DNA of 64,000 nt from Zygnema circumcarinatum SAG 698-1b (GCA_037447605.1 CM074808.1:1364001-1428000); one strand, 5' to 3'; counted from the stretch's first letter, positions 10,710 to 23,648 are shown. The notes: generated from the sequence alone by a model not told the origin. Program-made: numbers and translations.

Positions 10710-12305
10710 ATGGCGGCCCGGCGCGCCAACATCCTTGTTACCGGCACGCCTGGCACTGGGAAGACGTCCATTTGCGAGCAGCTCGCAGCGGCTGCGGGGC
10801 TGCAGCACGTGAACGTGAGCGACCTTGTGAGGGAGAAGGAGCTCCATGATGGATGGGACGAGGAGTACCAGTCGTACGTTCTCAACGAGGATAAGGTGAG
10901 AGAGGTCGGCCATGGTGGAGGACAAGGACAAAATTGCGGTTGGGAATGGCATTCGCCGATGTGAGGTTGGAATATATGTAAAATAGAGATATAAATTGGA
11001 AGGATTATTGATGGCGCAGCATAGATGGCAACCCTAAAAACCCTAAAACCCGAAAACCCTAAAAACCCTAAAAATCCTAAAACCCTATAAACCCTACAAT
11101 AGGAAGGTGTCTGAACCGCGAAAAAGGCTGCCTAGCTTTTTCGTGTTCTTGACGTGGCAATAGCGAAAGTTTGTTGATTCGCAAGGATACCCACAGAAAA
11201 AAGTTTTGAGCTATTCAGCTTTCTTGTTTTTTATTACAAAGTTCAGATTGTGGCCCAACCTTATTTTGATCACAGACTATCCACAAATGATTCTGCCAAA
11301 AAAATTTACAAGGCAGGCTGATGGAATGTGAAATAATGATTGAATCGTCACCAGCTTGCCTGCAGGAGAGGTCGCCACCGTAATTGTTCATAGGTCACCC
11401 GCGTGAAAGAGACTTTGCATGATATGTTGCAGTGGTGCAGTTCATTGATTTCAGATGTGTGTTTGATATTGCTGAATAGCATCATCTACTGGTGCGCGAG
11501 ACCAACTGCGCAGTAGGAGGAAGGCATATCGTGACATGAAGAGCATGTTAACTAGGGGTTGGAGGGAAACAATAGATTTGCATGACGCACAAGCATTATG
11601 CAACATGTACGGCTTTTTGTGAATGACGAGAAAGCAGCTTTAGCCATTATGTGATCAGATAAATCGAATGAAGATTCCTGTGAACTATGAACGGTGACAT
11701 TTTCCTTCTTCATTGCAGCATGGATTGTGATATTTTCCTTGTATTACAGGTCTGCGACGAGCTGGAGGACAGGATGAGCATGGGCGGGCAGCTGGTGGAT
11801 CATCACAACTGCGACATCTTCCCGGAGAGATGGTTTGACCTCGTCGTTGTGCTGCGAGCAGAGAATTCCGTGCTGTATGACCGGCTGACTGGCAGGTACA
11901 GCTGAACAAGGGATTCATGAAGTGTACAGCGTTCTCTTTCTGTAATTCTGGCAGAGCTCTCCTTAAAAGTGATCCACTTGCAATGGAACCTGTAAGGGAA
12001 AACTGATGCAAGCGTACCTGTTTTGTTTCAGATGTAAATTCTTGTTTTGATTGTATCTACGTAGAGGGGATGGTTTATGTGTCTGAGCTGGCTCCGAAGT
12101 TTTTGTGTACATGTGCAGGGGCTATTCGGGTAGAAAGCTGGAGGAAAACATGGAGTGTGAAATCATGCAGGTGCTCTTGGAGGAGGCGAGAGAAAGCTAT
12201 CGCCCGGAGATAGTGATGGAGCTTCAGAGCAACACCATAGAGGACATGGAGCGGAACGTGGAATCCTTGAAGGCTTGGTATCTCTCGAGAAACCAGAGCA
12301 GATGA
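10710..12305 (+). CDS. AK6: Adenylate kinase isoenzyme 6 (Fap7/hCINAP homologue)
   Basis: Exons 10710-10895, 11750-11895, 12119-12305; [14 protein letters not shown]-loop, [38 protein letters not shown]. Confidence 0.97.
11030..11096 (+). repeat. Imperfect (CCCTAAAA)n telomere-like / telo-box array in AK6 intron 1
   Basis: 8 consecutive units: ccctaaaaa ccctaaaa cccgaaaa ccctaaaaa ccctaaaaa tcctaaaa ccctataaa ccctac. Confidence 0.85.
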
Positions 12306-13085
12306 TATGCATGGAATGCAGATTCAAACAATAAGCACCTGCACTGTTCATTTGTAGAGGGGCCGAAGGTGATAGGATTACTAACACTAGGACTTTCTAC
12401 TTCAGATAACTTCCTATAGGCCTAAAAAAAGTCTATGTTTTGCGCAGTGGGCGTATAGATGCTGGGTAGGTAACGGGTTCAGGCACTGCAAAGCAGACTG
12501 AGGATTTCTGTCGGAGGCTTCTGTTCGGAGCTTCAGCTCCTGCTGTCACCCACCTTTGTACTTTTTTTGCCCTTGAGACTGTAAAAGGAGTTGTGGCGTG
12601 AGGGCGGTTGGGCGGGTGAGGGACGTCACATTTGTGTTCAGTACATGGCCATGGCGGGCCCTTGCGAAGACATCGAGGGTGGCCTTCGCTTCTGAGTCGG
12701 CAAGGAGGCCAAGATCTGTGATTGGTGGTCGGGTCTGTGGGGGGAGGACTTCATTCCTGCGATGTGCTCCACTGCCTCCCGTGATTTTGATTTGTATACT
12801 TGGGCCTCCTCAGGAGATCGTGAGGGAGTGTACGGCCTGTGGCTGATGAAAAGCTGCTGGAGGGGGGAGTCCATAGCTTTTGCTCTACGGATTTCAAATC
12901 AGATTCGGTACTGATTGTGACTCTGGTCTCCTTTGAAAACAATACGAAGTTTGATTTCGCCTTTAACATTCGTTTGCTCAGGACGAGTCCCCGCTCCCTC
13001 CTCGCAATGTGCGTCACATCGGTGACCTAATCGGCTGCTTCTAGGGCTGCGTTGCTGTGCTTAGGCGTAGTTTTCTGCTCTTAGC

Positions 13086-13188
13086 TTTTTTCATTTGTGC
13101 TTAGGTCCTTTGCGACCAGACCCTCGTGGTTCCACATGTTGCTTTTGTCCACGTACATTTGATTGCCTCGCCATCGTGAGATCAATGC
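13086..13188 (-). repeat. Dispersed repeat, copy A (SINE-like, A-rich 3' end on the minus strand)
   Basis: Shares GTCCTTTG.GACC...CCCTCGTGGTTCC.CATGTTG...GTACATTTGAT.GC..CGCCATCGTGAGAT.AAT with 22981-23084 and, inverted, with 44109-44175. Confidence 0.8.
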
Positions 13189-13520
13189 AATTTTCCGTCT
13201 CCTTGAGTCCCCTATTGTGAGTCCCTTTACCCGCATGAGAGCATGCGTTGTAAATCGAAAACACCACAACAACTTATACCTAGTCTGGATTGGCATTGAC
13301 CGCAGACCGACCGCCCGACCGCTCCATCCATCCCACATCCTTTAAAGCGGTACGATCTAAATTGACCTCAAATCGAACGGTTGACTTCGTCTGTCTGTCT
13401 GTCCGTCTGCTACAGACTACTGTCGGACGGCAGCTGACTGCTACAGCAGGCGGCGCTCTGGCCTGTGCCCGCCTGCCTGCCTGCCCGCGCGCTCGGCAGC
13501 GCCCCCCCCCCCCCATCTGA

Positions 13521-14481
13521 CCGTACTCCCTGTAGCGCGCGCGGCGGCGCCCGTCCGCGCGCATTGAATGAAGGCGGGCGGTCGGTCAGAGGCCTTTCAG
13601 GCGCGCTCCGATTCGCTCTGATTCGTGCTCCGCGGCACCCACCCACTCACGGCGCGGCGCCGTACATCGATCCCGTACGAATCTGTACGGTGTGGGCACT
13701 TGCCGGCCGCCGCCTTGCCTGTCTGCCGGGCGTCGCTTCGGCCGCGAGCATCGTGTCGTGGCGTGTCGTGACCGTGCGGCGAAGGCCCATTTGCACCCGC
13801 CCGCCCGCCCACCGGGGCCGGCCTGGTTCTGGCCTGCGATCAAGGGCGAGGGCTTGCTTGCTTGCCAACATTTCATAATGCTCCCGAAATGTCAAGTTCG
13901 AAACTGGTCTGTTTCTGCAGGAAAACACAGCGGCGGCGCAGTACCGGCAGCGTTACCGGTAACCCTCCGCCTTGTCCCACGATTGGCGCTCGGCCCCACG
14001 CTCCGGAGCGTGCCAGCAGCAGTGTTCCAGTGTTCCCGCGCTCCCGCCCGCCCCGCCGCCCGCGCCCCCGCGTCATCGTCCAACCCGCAGCAGCCGCCCG
14101 CCAGCGCGCGCTGACGTGACCCGCCCTCCAGGCGGTGGCCTTCCAGCATGTTGACTCGGTCCACGTGGCGCGCACCGACTGGCCGACATCCCGCCCTTGT
14201 CTTCAGCGCCCTCGGTTCGAACCTTCGTGACGCGCGTGCGACCAGCGAGGCCCTCAGGCCCGCCCTGGATGACGTCACGTATGGTCGCCTACCCGACTTG
14301 CCGTACGGTAATTTTGGCGTCATGCTCACTCCGCGACAAGCAGAGCCGCGTCCTCCGGGGGGGCCGCGGGCGGGCGGATCAGATGGCGACGATTTGGCGA
14401 ACCTTGCGACACGGCACCGGGCGGCAACCGTACGACCGTACTAATATGTACAGAATTGTACGACCCATATCAATGCCGTAC
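13521..14481. promoter_or_regulatory. GC-rich upstream region of the histidine kinase gene with clustered CCGTAC/GTACGG motifs
   Basis: Sites near 13521, 13660, 13673, 13686, 14301, 14428, 14436 and 14476. Confidence 0.45.
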
Positions 14482-14679
14482 AAAGGCGCCGACCTACGGG
14501 GCTTAGGACATACGAACGTTTCAAATCGGTACTGGCTATACCGACCTACGGGTTGGCGCGACCCTAGGGGATGGGACCCAGGGGGTTTCCCCTGGGCGCC
14601 CGTCACTTGTGTCACGGCTCCTTGAGGGATTTGGGGGGATGGAGGGAGCGAGGGGGAGGGAGGAAGAGAGGTTGCAGCC

Positions 14680-17600
14680 ATGGGCTGTGTGATGTCTAGG
14701 GAGGAGGGGGAGGGGGGGGGGAAGAGGATGACATGGAGAAGAAGGGCTGGCTGGAGTAGGAGGAGCGGGAGGTTGGTTGAAGAGATTGGAGGGGATTCAG
14801 GGAAAGAGGGAACCGAAAAGGGAGTGACGGAGGTAGGGTATGGAGGGGAACCGTACGAAGTTAGTTTTTCGGCGGAGTTTGGAGAAGAAAAGGTAATGGC
14901 TGAGAAGCATGTAAAAGCAGGACAGGTGGACCTGGAGGTTTTAGGCCAGAACAGTGTGGATGCACGGAATGGGGAGGAGAAGGAGAGTGCACTGGACACT
15001 GTTTTCGGCGGGAATGACGTCAAAGGCACGGCCCCTTTGGACGAGTTTCCGCTGCTTGGCGTGGACTTGCGACGCGAGGAGAGCTACTCCCATCCTGTAA
15101 GCCGGTCTGCACTTCAGTTTCAGGAGCAGCTAGGGCTGACGTCACAATTGTAGCAACGAGTTGCAGACGAATGAATGAGCATTGCGGTGTGGAAAAACTT
15201 TTGCATGCGGACGTTGTTTGGTGCATGGATTCCTTCCAAAAGCCTAATGTATCTCGACTCCGGCGGTTATGGTGCTTCCCGTTCTTTGAATTCTTGCTGC
15301 CGTGCGCTCCATTGTCTGCGGCTTTTGAGACCCTCTGGTGTAGCCGTGGTCGTGGCTTGGAACAGCTCGACATGTCTATCCGCAAGTCGGGGAGATCCTA
15401 CGGTGAGTGGGATTTTCCCTCAGAAGACGCCTCTTATGGAGCCTCTCTCGCTGATTCTCCTCCACCGGCTCTCTCCGGAGGGGGGTCACTGGATTTGGCG
15501 GCCGTTTCCGAGGGCGAAGCAGCCGTCAGCCCTGAAAACCCTCGGGATGTGGATGAAGCGTTCTATCCTTTCAGTCTTGGACCGCTGAGACCGCCGCAGG
15601 GCTCTCCATTTCTGGCGACAGTAAGATGGAACGCCATTTCGCTTTTGTTTGGGGCTGAAGCTGAGGCAATTTCTGCCCTGCAAGTGGCAGCATCTAGCAA
15701 AGCTGCGTTCAATGCTTCGCTGGACATGACATTGCAGTGACAAGCCATAGTACGCAACTTTTTCTAAGAGAATTGCGCATTTTGGCAGGGGGCGCCTTTG
15801 CCAACTAACGAGAAATATAGATTGGAGGTGTTGCGGCGATACAATCTTCTTGACACGGTGCGTGTCAATGGAGTGTTCCGCTGCTCCCCATTTCATGCAA
15901 AAACCATGAAGTATCTATCCCTTTTCCTTAGTTGGTGAACATATCAGGGATGAGGACGATCATAAATTTTGAGTTCAGGGCACTGGAGGCTTGAACTGGA
16001 ATGTTTTTTTTTTTGCTTCTGAAGTCTGTCGTCATGGACTCGGATTGCTTTGAGTCTTCACACGTGCTGAGAGCCGAATTCTGCTGTTGCAGGCACCTGA
16101 GCCCAAGTTTGATAGGCTGACCGACCTCGCATCACAGATGTTTAAGGTATGGTCAATTTTGAACTGCCCGTTTTGTGGGTTCTTGTTGAATTGAAACAGG
16201 GAACAACATGGAATTGCATTGTGGGGAATTCAAAATTCCGGCAATGCAATCTGTTGCGATTTTGTTTCACTTACAATCATAGGCTGTTTGTGAGCCCTGC
16301 TTCTGCTGTTTTTGTTGATCTCCGCGCTGACGTCATCGTGCTTTCTGTTCCATGCAGGTTCCCGTCGCTTTGATTTCGCTCGTCGACGAAGAGAGGCAGT
16401 TTTTTAAGGTGTTTTTTCTTTCCTAGAACCTTCATTCCGTACGAACTTACACTTGAATATGTTTGCCTAGAGTGTTCTTTATCCATACTTCACATTATGC
16501 AATTTGTGTTTCTGCTCTCACACTGGATACTGGTCAAGTGCAGTCAAACCGTGGTCTGCCCGGCGTGTGTGAGACCGACAGAGCATCTTCCTTTTGTGGC
16601 TACACTCTGCTTCCTGCGTAAGGCATGCAACCCCCAATATCGTGATGCAGAGGAGAAAGAAGGGAGGGACAGAGAGGAGTGAGTTTACGGAGAGGTTGTA
16701 TGGAAGCGTTATAAGCCAATGGTAGTGCGGCTTTGTAGACTTAGGCTGCCCACCATGGCTGGTTGAAACTGGAGAACGTGTGCAGGTGGTGCTTTAGTCC
16801 AATGCATTCTCATTTACATCCCTTTTCCCTGCTGTTCTCTTCAACAGGAAAAGCCCTTGCCTTGTCGTTGAGGACGCTCTGCAAGACACTCGCTTCTCTC
16901 AGAACAAGCTGGTAAAGAAAATAAACTGATCTCTGCTCGGCTTGAACTTGGTAGTAGCATGTAATTGAGTAGAGGGAGAAAACAAGCGGAGAAGAAGGTC
17001 GCAAGTCTTACATTTTCCCCTCCTTTGCGAGCAGGTCACTGGCGATCCGTGCATTCGTTTCTATGCAGGGGCGCCCCTTCTGACGTCAGGAGGGTTCATC
17101 CTCGGCTCATTGTGAGCTATACTGAGCCTACTCTACTGCATTCAGTTTCAATTGAACCTTTGCTGAACTCTCAGCTCACAATGGCTGAACTTCCTAACAG
17201 GCAGTGAACTTGCATTTACCGGAGCAAGTTGGAAGTTATCATGTATTGACATGCAGGTTGTGTGCATGTGCCTGCTCTAAATAGATGCATTATTGACTTC
17301 GCGCCTCGGAAATTCACGGATGAAGAGCAGGAACTCCTTCTGAGTCTCGCGCATCTTGTAGTCATGGTGAGTGAGTGGGAGTGAGTGAGAATGAGTGGGA
17401 GTGAGTGGGATGCGAGTGCGACAGCCGACTGCTGCATTGTTTCACAGATAGATGCGGGCAAGTTTAGGTCGGCAAAGCGTAGGGACTATTCAATATATGT
17501 GCTGAGAATGCAAGTTGGGAGCTGCAGGAATTTGAAAAGCACACACAGTCACTAGAGCTGCAGCGTCAGCAGGCTGTCCGATTTGAAGCTGACAAGAAGG

Positions 17601-20600
17601 GGCTGCTCCATGCCATAGGTGTGTTCCGTTCCGTTCTATGCCTCCAACCTCCCCTTGCTCCTTTGACTCACAGACAGAACACGTGTCTTTCCAACATTGG
17701 TCCCAACATTCTTCACGACGATTGATGCATCATTCCGCCCTCTTGCAGATGCCTTCAGTGAGGGTCTCGTGCTTACAGACACATCCCAGAAGGGGCAGCC
17801 CATTGTCTTTGTGAACGAGGGGTGGGAGAAGATCACGGGCTACTCCTGTCAGGAAGTGGAGGGAAAGCACTGCGGCTCTCTCCTGCAGGTGAGAGCAGCT
17901 GAGGGTGCTCGAACTTTGCCCAGTTAGGGTTCAATTTAAACATTCTACACATACCCACTTTCCAGTTTAATCTGTTTCGTCTGCTCATTTTTGCTTGAAA
18001 CCCTTACAACCATAATAGGAGATTCCCTTACAAGTCTTTTTGAAGAGGAGGCCTTGTCCAGGGGCCCTTAACGGACATGGCAGCAGTAACTGTACTGAAA
18101 ACTGCCTGCATGGAAGGCCGTGCTGCCGCTGTGGAGATTCTTAACTACCGCAAAGATGGAACTCCGTTTTGGAACTGGCTCCGTATCCGGCCCGTTCTCC
18201 CCCCTGGCAGCAACAATAGCCATGAAGGCGGGCGAAGGTGAGGAATATTAGGGTTTCCAGAAGACCATTGAAGAAGAGTTTGAAGAAGAAGAAGCAGAGA
18301 AGAGAAGAGCTCTTCATTGCAGAAGAGTCTTGTATTTTTATTTTGAGGATTGATTTGACTTTGTATTTTTTCAAATGAAGGCATTTTTAGCTGCAGCACA
18401 GGATGACAGTGCTTAAAAGGTAGGAGGGTGTGTTCGAGGTTGTGCTCACACAATAAGGGAAGTTTCGGTCCTGCAGATACTTTTTTGGAATTCTTTCGGA
18501 CTGCACCTCCCGCAAAGAGAAGGAGCTTGAGTTGGAGCGATTACGGGTGAGTGCTTTTGTCCCCATCATGCAACAGCAAAACAAATTTGATGTTGTTCTT
18601 CTCACATGATGGAATGCAATCTCATCAATAGATCTCTGTTATGAGGTCCTTCTGCCTCGCAGTTGGAGGAGTTAGAGAAGGAAGCGGAGACTCGGGCAAA
18701 GCGGCAATTCGTAGCGAACATCAGCCATGAAATTCGAACACCCATGAATGCGATTATCGCATGCAGCCAACTGCTGCAGGACACAAAGAACCTCACTCCG
18801 GACCAGAAGGAGCTCATTCAAATGATCTCAGGGTAAGTAGTCTTTCATCCGACAACTACGGGGAGGGGGAGGCTAGTGGCATGGGGGGAGAGATGGATGA
18901 GGAGGGAAAGGGAGAGGGAAGGGGGCAGGGAGAGGGTGAAGAAGAGGGAGAGGAGGGAGGAAGAGAGGGAGACGGAGAGATGCGTGAAGGTTCTGCCTAA
19001 AAAATTTAAGGAAAAAGGTGAAAGTCTTCTCGGAAATAGAGGCTCCGTCTGTTAAATTTCCAGTGCATTTCTATCTCTGTTGCTGCAGGTCCGGGCAGCA
19101 ACTTCTTTCTCTCATCAACGACATATTGGACTTCTCCAAGGTGGCTTGCCTCCCTCTTCCAATAACAGCGCTGCCCGTCTCTCAGATCAATCTTGCAGAA
19201 ATCAGCCAGTTTTGGACCTGATCCTATTTGGTATTGCTATTGAAATTTGCTTATGGGCTGCCTCCTTGTTTTAGACTTTGCCTGCTGCCTCTTATAATAG
19301 ACTAATACAGATTACTCGTACTTTGTTTCGATCTGCCTGATCTGAAGGCCGCTGGAGAGGAGCTGCAGTTGGATGCAGGAAAAATGGAACTGCAAGTGAA
19401 GGAGTTGTCCATGTGGAACTGCTTAGATTTCTGCATGGAGATGCTCGTCCTCAAATCGCAGACCAAGGGCCTTGAACTGTCATACAACATGGATGCCAAC
19501 GTTCCCCAGTGAGTGCAGTTTTGCAGTTTTGACAAAATGCAGTAGTTAGAAGAAGCCTAAGGGCTGAATTGAAGCAGGAAAGGTTGTTCATTGCCAGTGG
19601 TGAGGTTTTCCAGATTTCTAGGGATTTTTGGTGCTAACATGTTCGTTTTTAATGTGGACTCTGAGCAGGTTCATTTGGGCCGATGAGGTGCGACTGAGGC
19701 AGATCTTGACCAACCTTTTGTCCAATGCAGGTGGGGGGCACTCTTTCCCCTTCTGTCCAAGTAGATGAATACAGTTACCTGAACGATTAGACGATGAAAT
19801 TTTAACACAGCAAAGCATGGAACTCCCTCTCATACACTCCTCTATGGCTCATTGTTTATGCAGCCAAGTTCACGGAAGAGGGGGGCGAAGTGGAGGTCGT
19901 CGTAACTTCGCGCCTTAAGTTCCGAAAAACATCGATGACTGACTACTTCGATGGAGTGAAGCCATACGAAGGGCTGCCTTTATATGAGATCGAATTTTCC
20001 GTAAGGGACACAGGTACAGGTCCAAAACCCAGCCGTTAAACTGACACCTGTTTCACAGTAATTGGGCTCTTTCTGATGCAGCTTTTAAACATGCGATGGG
20101 GAGGGAAATTGTCCTTAATGGTCATGCATGATGGGGTGTGCTGGAATTGGTCTCAGGCATTGGCATGCCCAAGGAGTTCTGCAGTGTAATTTTTGAGGCC
20201 TTCACACAATGCGATAATTCGCGGACGAGGAAATATGAAGGTACTGAGAATGACCTTCTAACATAGTAGTGTTCATTCACTATCAGACCGCAAGTACGTT
20301 CTTCTTTGCAAAGTGACTCATCAAATTCAAGCAAATCTCAGGAAAATCTTTTTGATGGGGGGAACTACAGGCACCGGCCTAGGAATGGCAATCGCTAAAG
20401 ACTTGACAGAGAGAATGGGAGGACGGATTTGGGTAGAGAGTGAAGTCGGGAAAGGGTCTACCTTCTTCTTCACCATCCTTGCCCACGGCTCTATGATTGA
20501 AACGAAGGGACAGACTGTCTCTAAGCAGGCCGCCTTGGATGCTCCCACGAGCCCTCTCGCAGGGAAAAGATGTCTTTTAGTAGGAGTAAGGGAAACCTTC

Positions 20601-22496
20601 CGTCGAATGGCTGCCTCTATGCTGCGATCGTGGGGGATGCACTGCACTGCAGCCACTAATGAGGCAGACTTCGATAACCTTTGGGAAGTTTTTCCGAGTC
20701 ATTTGAGGCGTAGTGTGAGTCTGAATGTGGTAGCGTCTATTGAGACAGTGCCCCATAGTGAGGCGGAGGGTGCTGGATTCATGCGAGCAGAGAGACAGCT
20801 TTCTTTGGACGATCGCCAATCTCGACCGTTCGATGTTGTGCTTGTCGACTGCCCCCCCTCATCTTCAACCGTCGATTCTCTCTCGCCGGAGTATGCAAGG
20901 GCCCTCGCTCTGATGGAGAAGGGGTGCTCGTGCGGACCCTCAGTTCCCACCTTCCTCTTTTTGGCAAAGCACTCCAAAGCTCAGGCAGGGGTCAATGTGT
21001 CCAGACTGGTAAGTAGTCGTAAAGACAGTTTTTTTTTGTCGACTAAAAATCAGGGTTAGGGTTGAAGTTCGGGAGGGAGTTGTCTGCAGTCTGAGTCTTC
21101 GTTCTATTTGACTGAATGGTGGGTTTCATCTTGTGCAGGCAAATGTGACGGTTTTGTCTCGGCCGGTGCGAGTGAATCAAGTGTATCAGAGTCTTCTTGA
21201 CCATCTGGCGAGAGACGAGGTGCTTCTCTCTCCCTCTCCTCTCTATCTCGTCAGTCCTTTGCGTGGTGGCAGTAGAACATGTCGCCATTTTATCAGCTAC
21301 CCTTTTGTTCAGATAGTGAGGAATGTCGAATGAAAACCATGGAAACGCTCAGATACGCTCCCCAATGATTTAGAGTTTTGCTGCCATTTTAGGGTTTCCA
21401 TTGAGTATGAGGTTGGGGCCATGTCCTATGCCACAGGCGGAACGAATCGCTGCAAAGGATGCAGTCTTGCTTCCAGTCGACTTGAGGGAGCGGAAGTTGC
21501 GAATCTTGATTGCGGAGGATAACATGATCAATCAGAGAGTGAGTGGTCTTTGGCGAATTGTGTGGAAGTTCAGGTCAAAGGCAGTGAGATCAGAGGAAAT
21601 TTTTCTTTTTTCAGCCGCTCTGTCTCGGAGAAAATGTGAACCTCGACATGACATGCTCTTGCCATTTCCATGTGCATGCAGGTTCTGTTAAAGCTACTTA
21701 AGGGGCTAGGTCAGGACGACTGCGTGACAGCGAATAACGGCATGAAGGTGATGCACTGCCAAACTCTCTTGGAGTCGGGCTATCACAAACGTTAAAAGTA
21801 CTGGGTTTGACTTAAAGATGCGAGAGTTCTCTGTATTCATGTCGGATCATTGATGTGGCGGCGGTTTTTTAATGGCAGGTGTTGGAGCGGATGCGCACTT
21901 TTCAGTTTGACCTCATCTTGATGGATGTGCAAATGCCCGAAATGGATGGGTTGACTGCCACATCACACTTGCGGGTGAGCCGATCGTTCTCCTCTCGCCA
22001 GAATTGCTAAATTTTGCTTCGTTTCTTCGGTTTGTCATGCCATGGGGTCGCTAACTGTCCCCAAACATGCGAGGGCAGCAATTCATCAGGGACTGGTTTA
22101 TAACCAATTAGTTGTCTAGAAACGCTTCTGTACCCCTCGCTCCAAGACATTCGTCCTTTCCGATTCAGACCCTGCGTATCCTGAATCGCCCAAATTGTTA
22201 ATGGAGCCCTTGTTTTGGATGAGAAAATGGTTCAAATGAAATCAGGTGGTTAAAAAGGGGGGAGCTGCTTCGGGTTGCAGGGGGAGTTTCCCGAGGAGCA
22301 ACAGCCCATGATTTCTGCTCTGACTGCAGATGTGGGGCCGGACATAGAAGCAGAGTGTCAGGAAGCAGGCATGAATTGGTATTTGAGTAAGCCCGTATTG
22401 AAGGGGGAGCTTCAGGTGCTTCTTGCGAAGTGTATGGAGGTGCTGCGTCAGCCGGAGCTGCCCAAAGACTTCCACAGGCGGTGGCTAAAGTCTTAA
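14680..22496 (+). CDS. Hybrid histidine kinase: N-terminal MGCxxS, GAF, LOV-like PAS, HisKA, HATPase_c, degenerate receiver, receiver
   Basis: About 25 phase-consistent exons. GAF: [56 protein letters not shown]-box [14 protein letters not shown] (exon 18663-18832); N-box [16 protein letters not shown]; DTGIGM; GTGLGMAI; receiver [33 protein letters not shown]; stop at 22496. The acceptor of exon 2 (near 15243-15366) is uncertain. Confidence 0.95.
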
Positions 22497-22980
22497 CTGC
22501 GCGTCCCCTTTAGAATGCACCTTGTAACGTAGGGGGCTGCCTGCTGTAAAGTCCTGAACAGGGCCCTAGGCGGAGGTTAGAAGTTCCAGGCAGCCAAATT
22601 GATCGGTAGAGTTCAGAAATAAAGTGGAGCAGCATCAAGAAACGTAAGCTTATATATTTTTTCACCATTCTTTCTACCAGGAAGGTTTTAGTTTCTTTGG
22701 TCGAGGCCTGTGATTTTTGGGCAGCAGTTTGTTCTCCACAGTCTTGTGGAGAAGAAAGGCTGCTGCCATTTCCGTGCATCAGAAGTGCGATAGCAAGATA
22801 GAGAGGCGCAGTCTGTTACCGCAAAGGGAATTGGAATACGGGGCCTCCTCCTCACAACTATTGAGGGTAGAAGAAGCGGTGCCTGGGAAAAAGAGAAGCC
22901 TGGGCGTGCCCCACATCGGCGTCCTTTGCTGCTTCTAGTTCCCTTTTAATGAGCCTAGAAGTAGATTTCCGTTTATGGGC

Positions 22981-23084
22981 TTTTTTTTTTGTCCTTGAGT
23001 CCTTTGTGACCGATCCCTCGTGGTTCCCCATGTTGGTCTTATCCATGTACATTTGATGGCATCGTCGCCATCGTGAGATTAATC
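22981..23084 (-). repeat. Dispersed repeat, copy B
   Basis: Aligns by eye over about 100 bp with 13086-13188. Confidence 0.8.
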
Positions 23085-23647
23085 CTATTTCCTTTCCTTT
23101 CTGTGCCCGATTTTAGTTGTTCAATGTAATCACTTCACGGCGCAACCTCGTCCCTATGGAACCTCGATGCGGCGCGTTGATTGCACATGTTCGCAGTTCC
23201 GTGTCAATCCACGCTGCGACCGTTTGCAGTTCCGTGGTGGACGACGGCCACGGACCGTGTCACGCGAATCCGAGAGCTACGAGGCTCTGACCGACAATGG
23301 GACAAGGCGGCACCGACCTATAGCACCGGCCTAAGGCACCGACCTAGCACATCACAAGATCGGGCGAGGTTCGCCAGTCGCCTCCCCCCCTTTCAGTCCC
23401 CCCCCCCTCGCTAGCGCTTTGCTCCCCAAGGCCTTGCCAAGTATGCCCATGGCGAGGATGAGGATGAGGATGGGGCGGATCCAGGATGGATGGTTGCTGA
23501 GGGGGCTGAGCCCTCTTTCAGCGCAAATACATGAATATAAATTAAAAAAAGGTTGAATATTCAAAATATTATGGTGAGGATTGACCCCCAAAACTCGTAT
23601 AACTAGGTCCGCAGGAGAGGATTCCTTGCCTAATGCGAGCGGTGTCC

Positions 23648-23648
<1 letters not shown>

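Noticed and set aside
12480-13020. Two overlapping minus-strand ORFs that could be a frameshifted pseudogene; similar fragments at 22500-22960
   Set aside because: No recognisable motif and no similarity between the two regions beyond the short dispersed repeat
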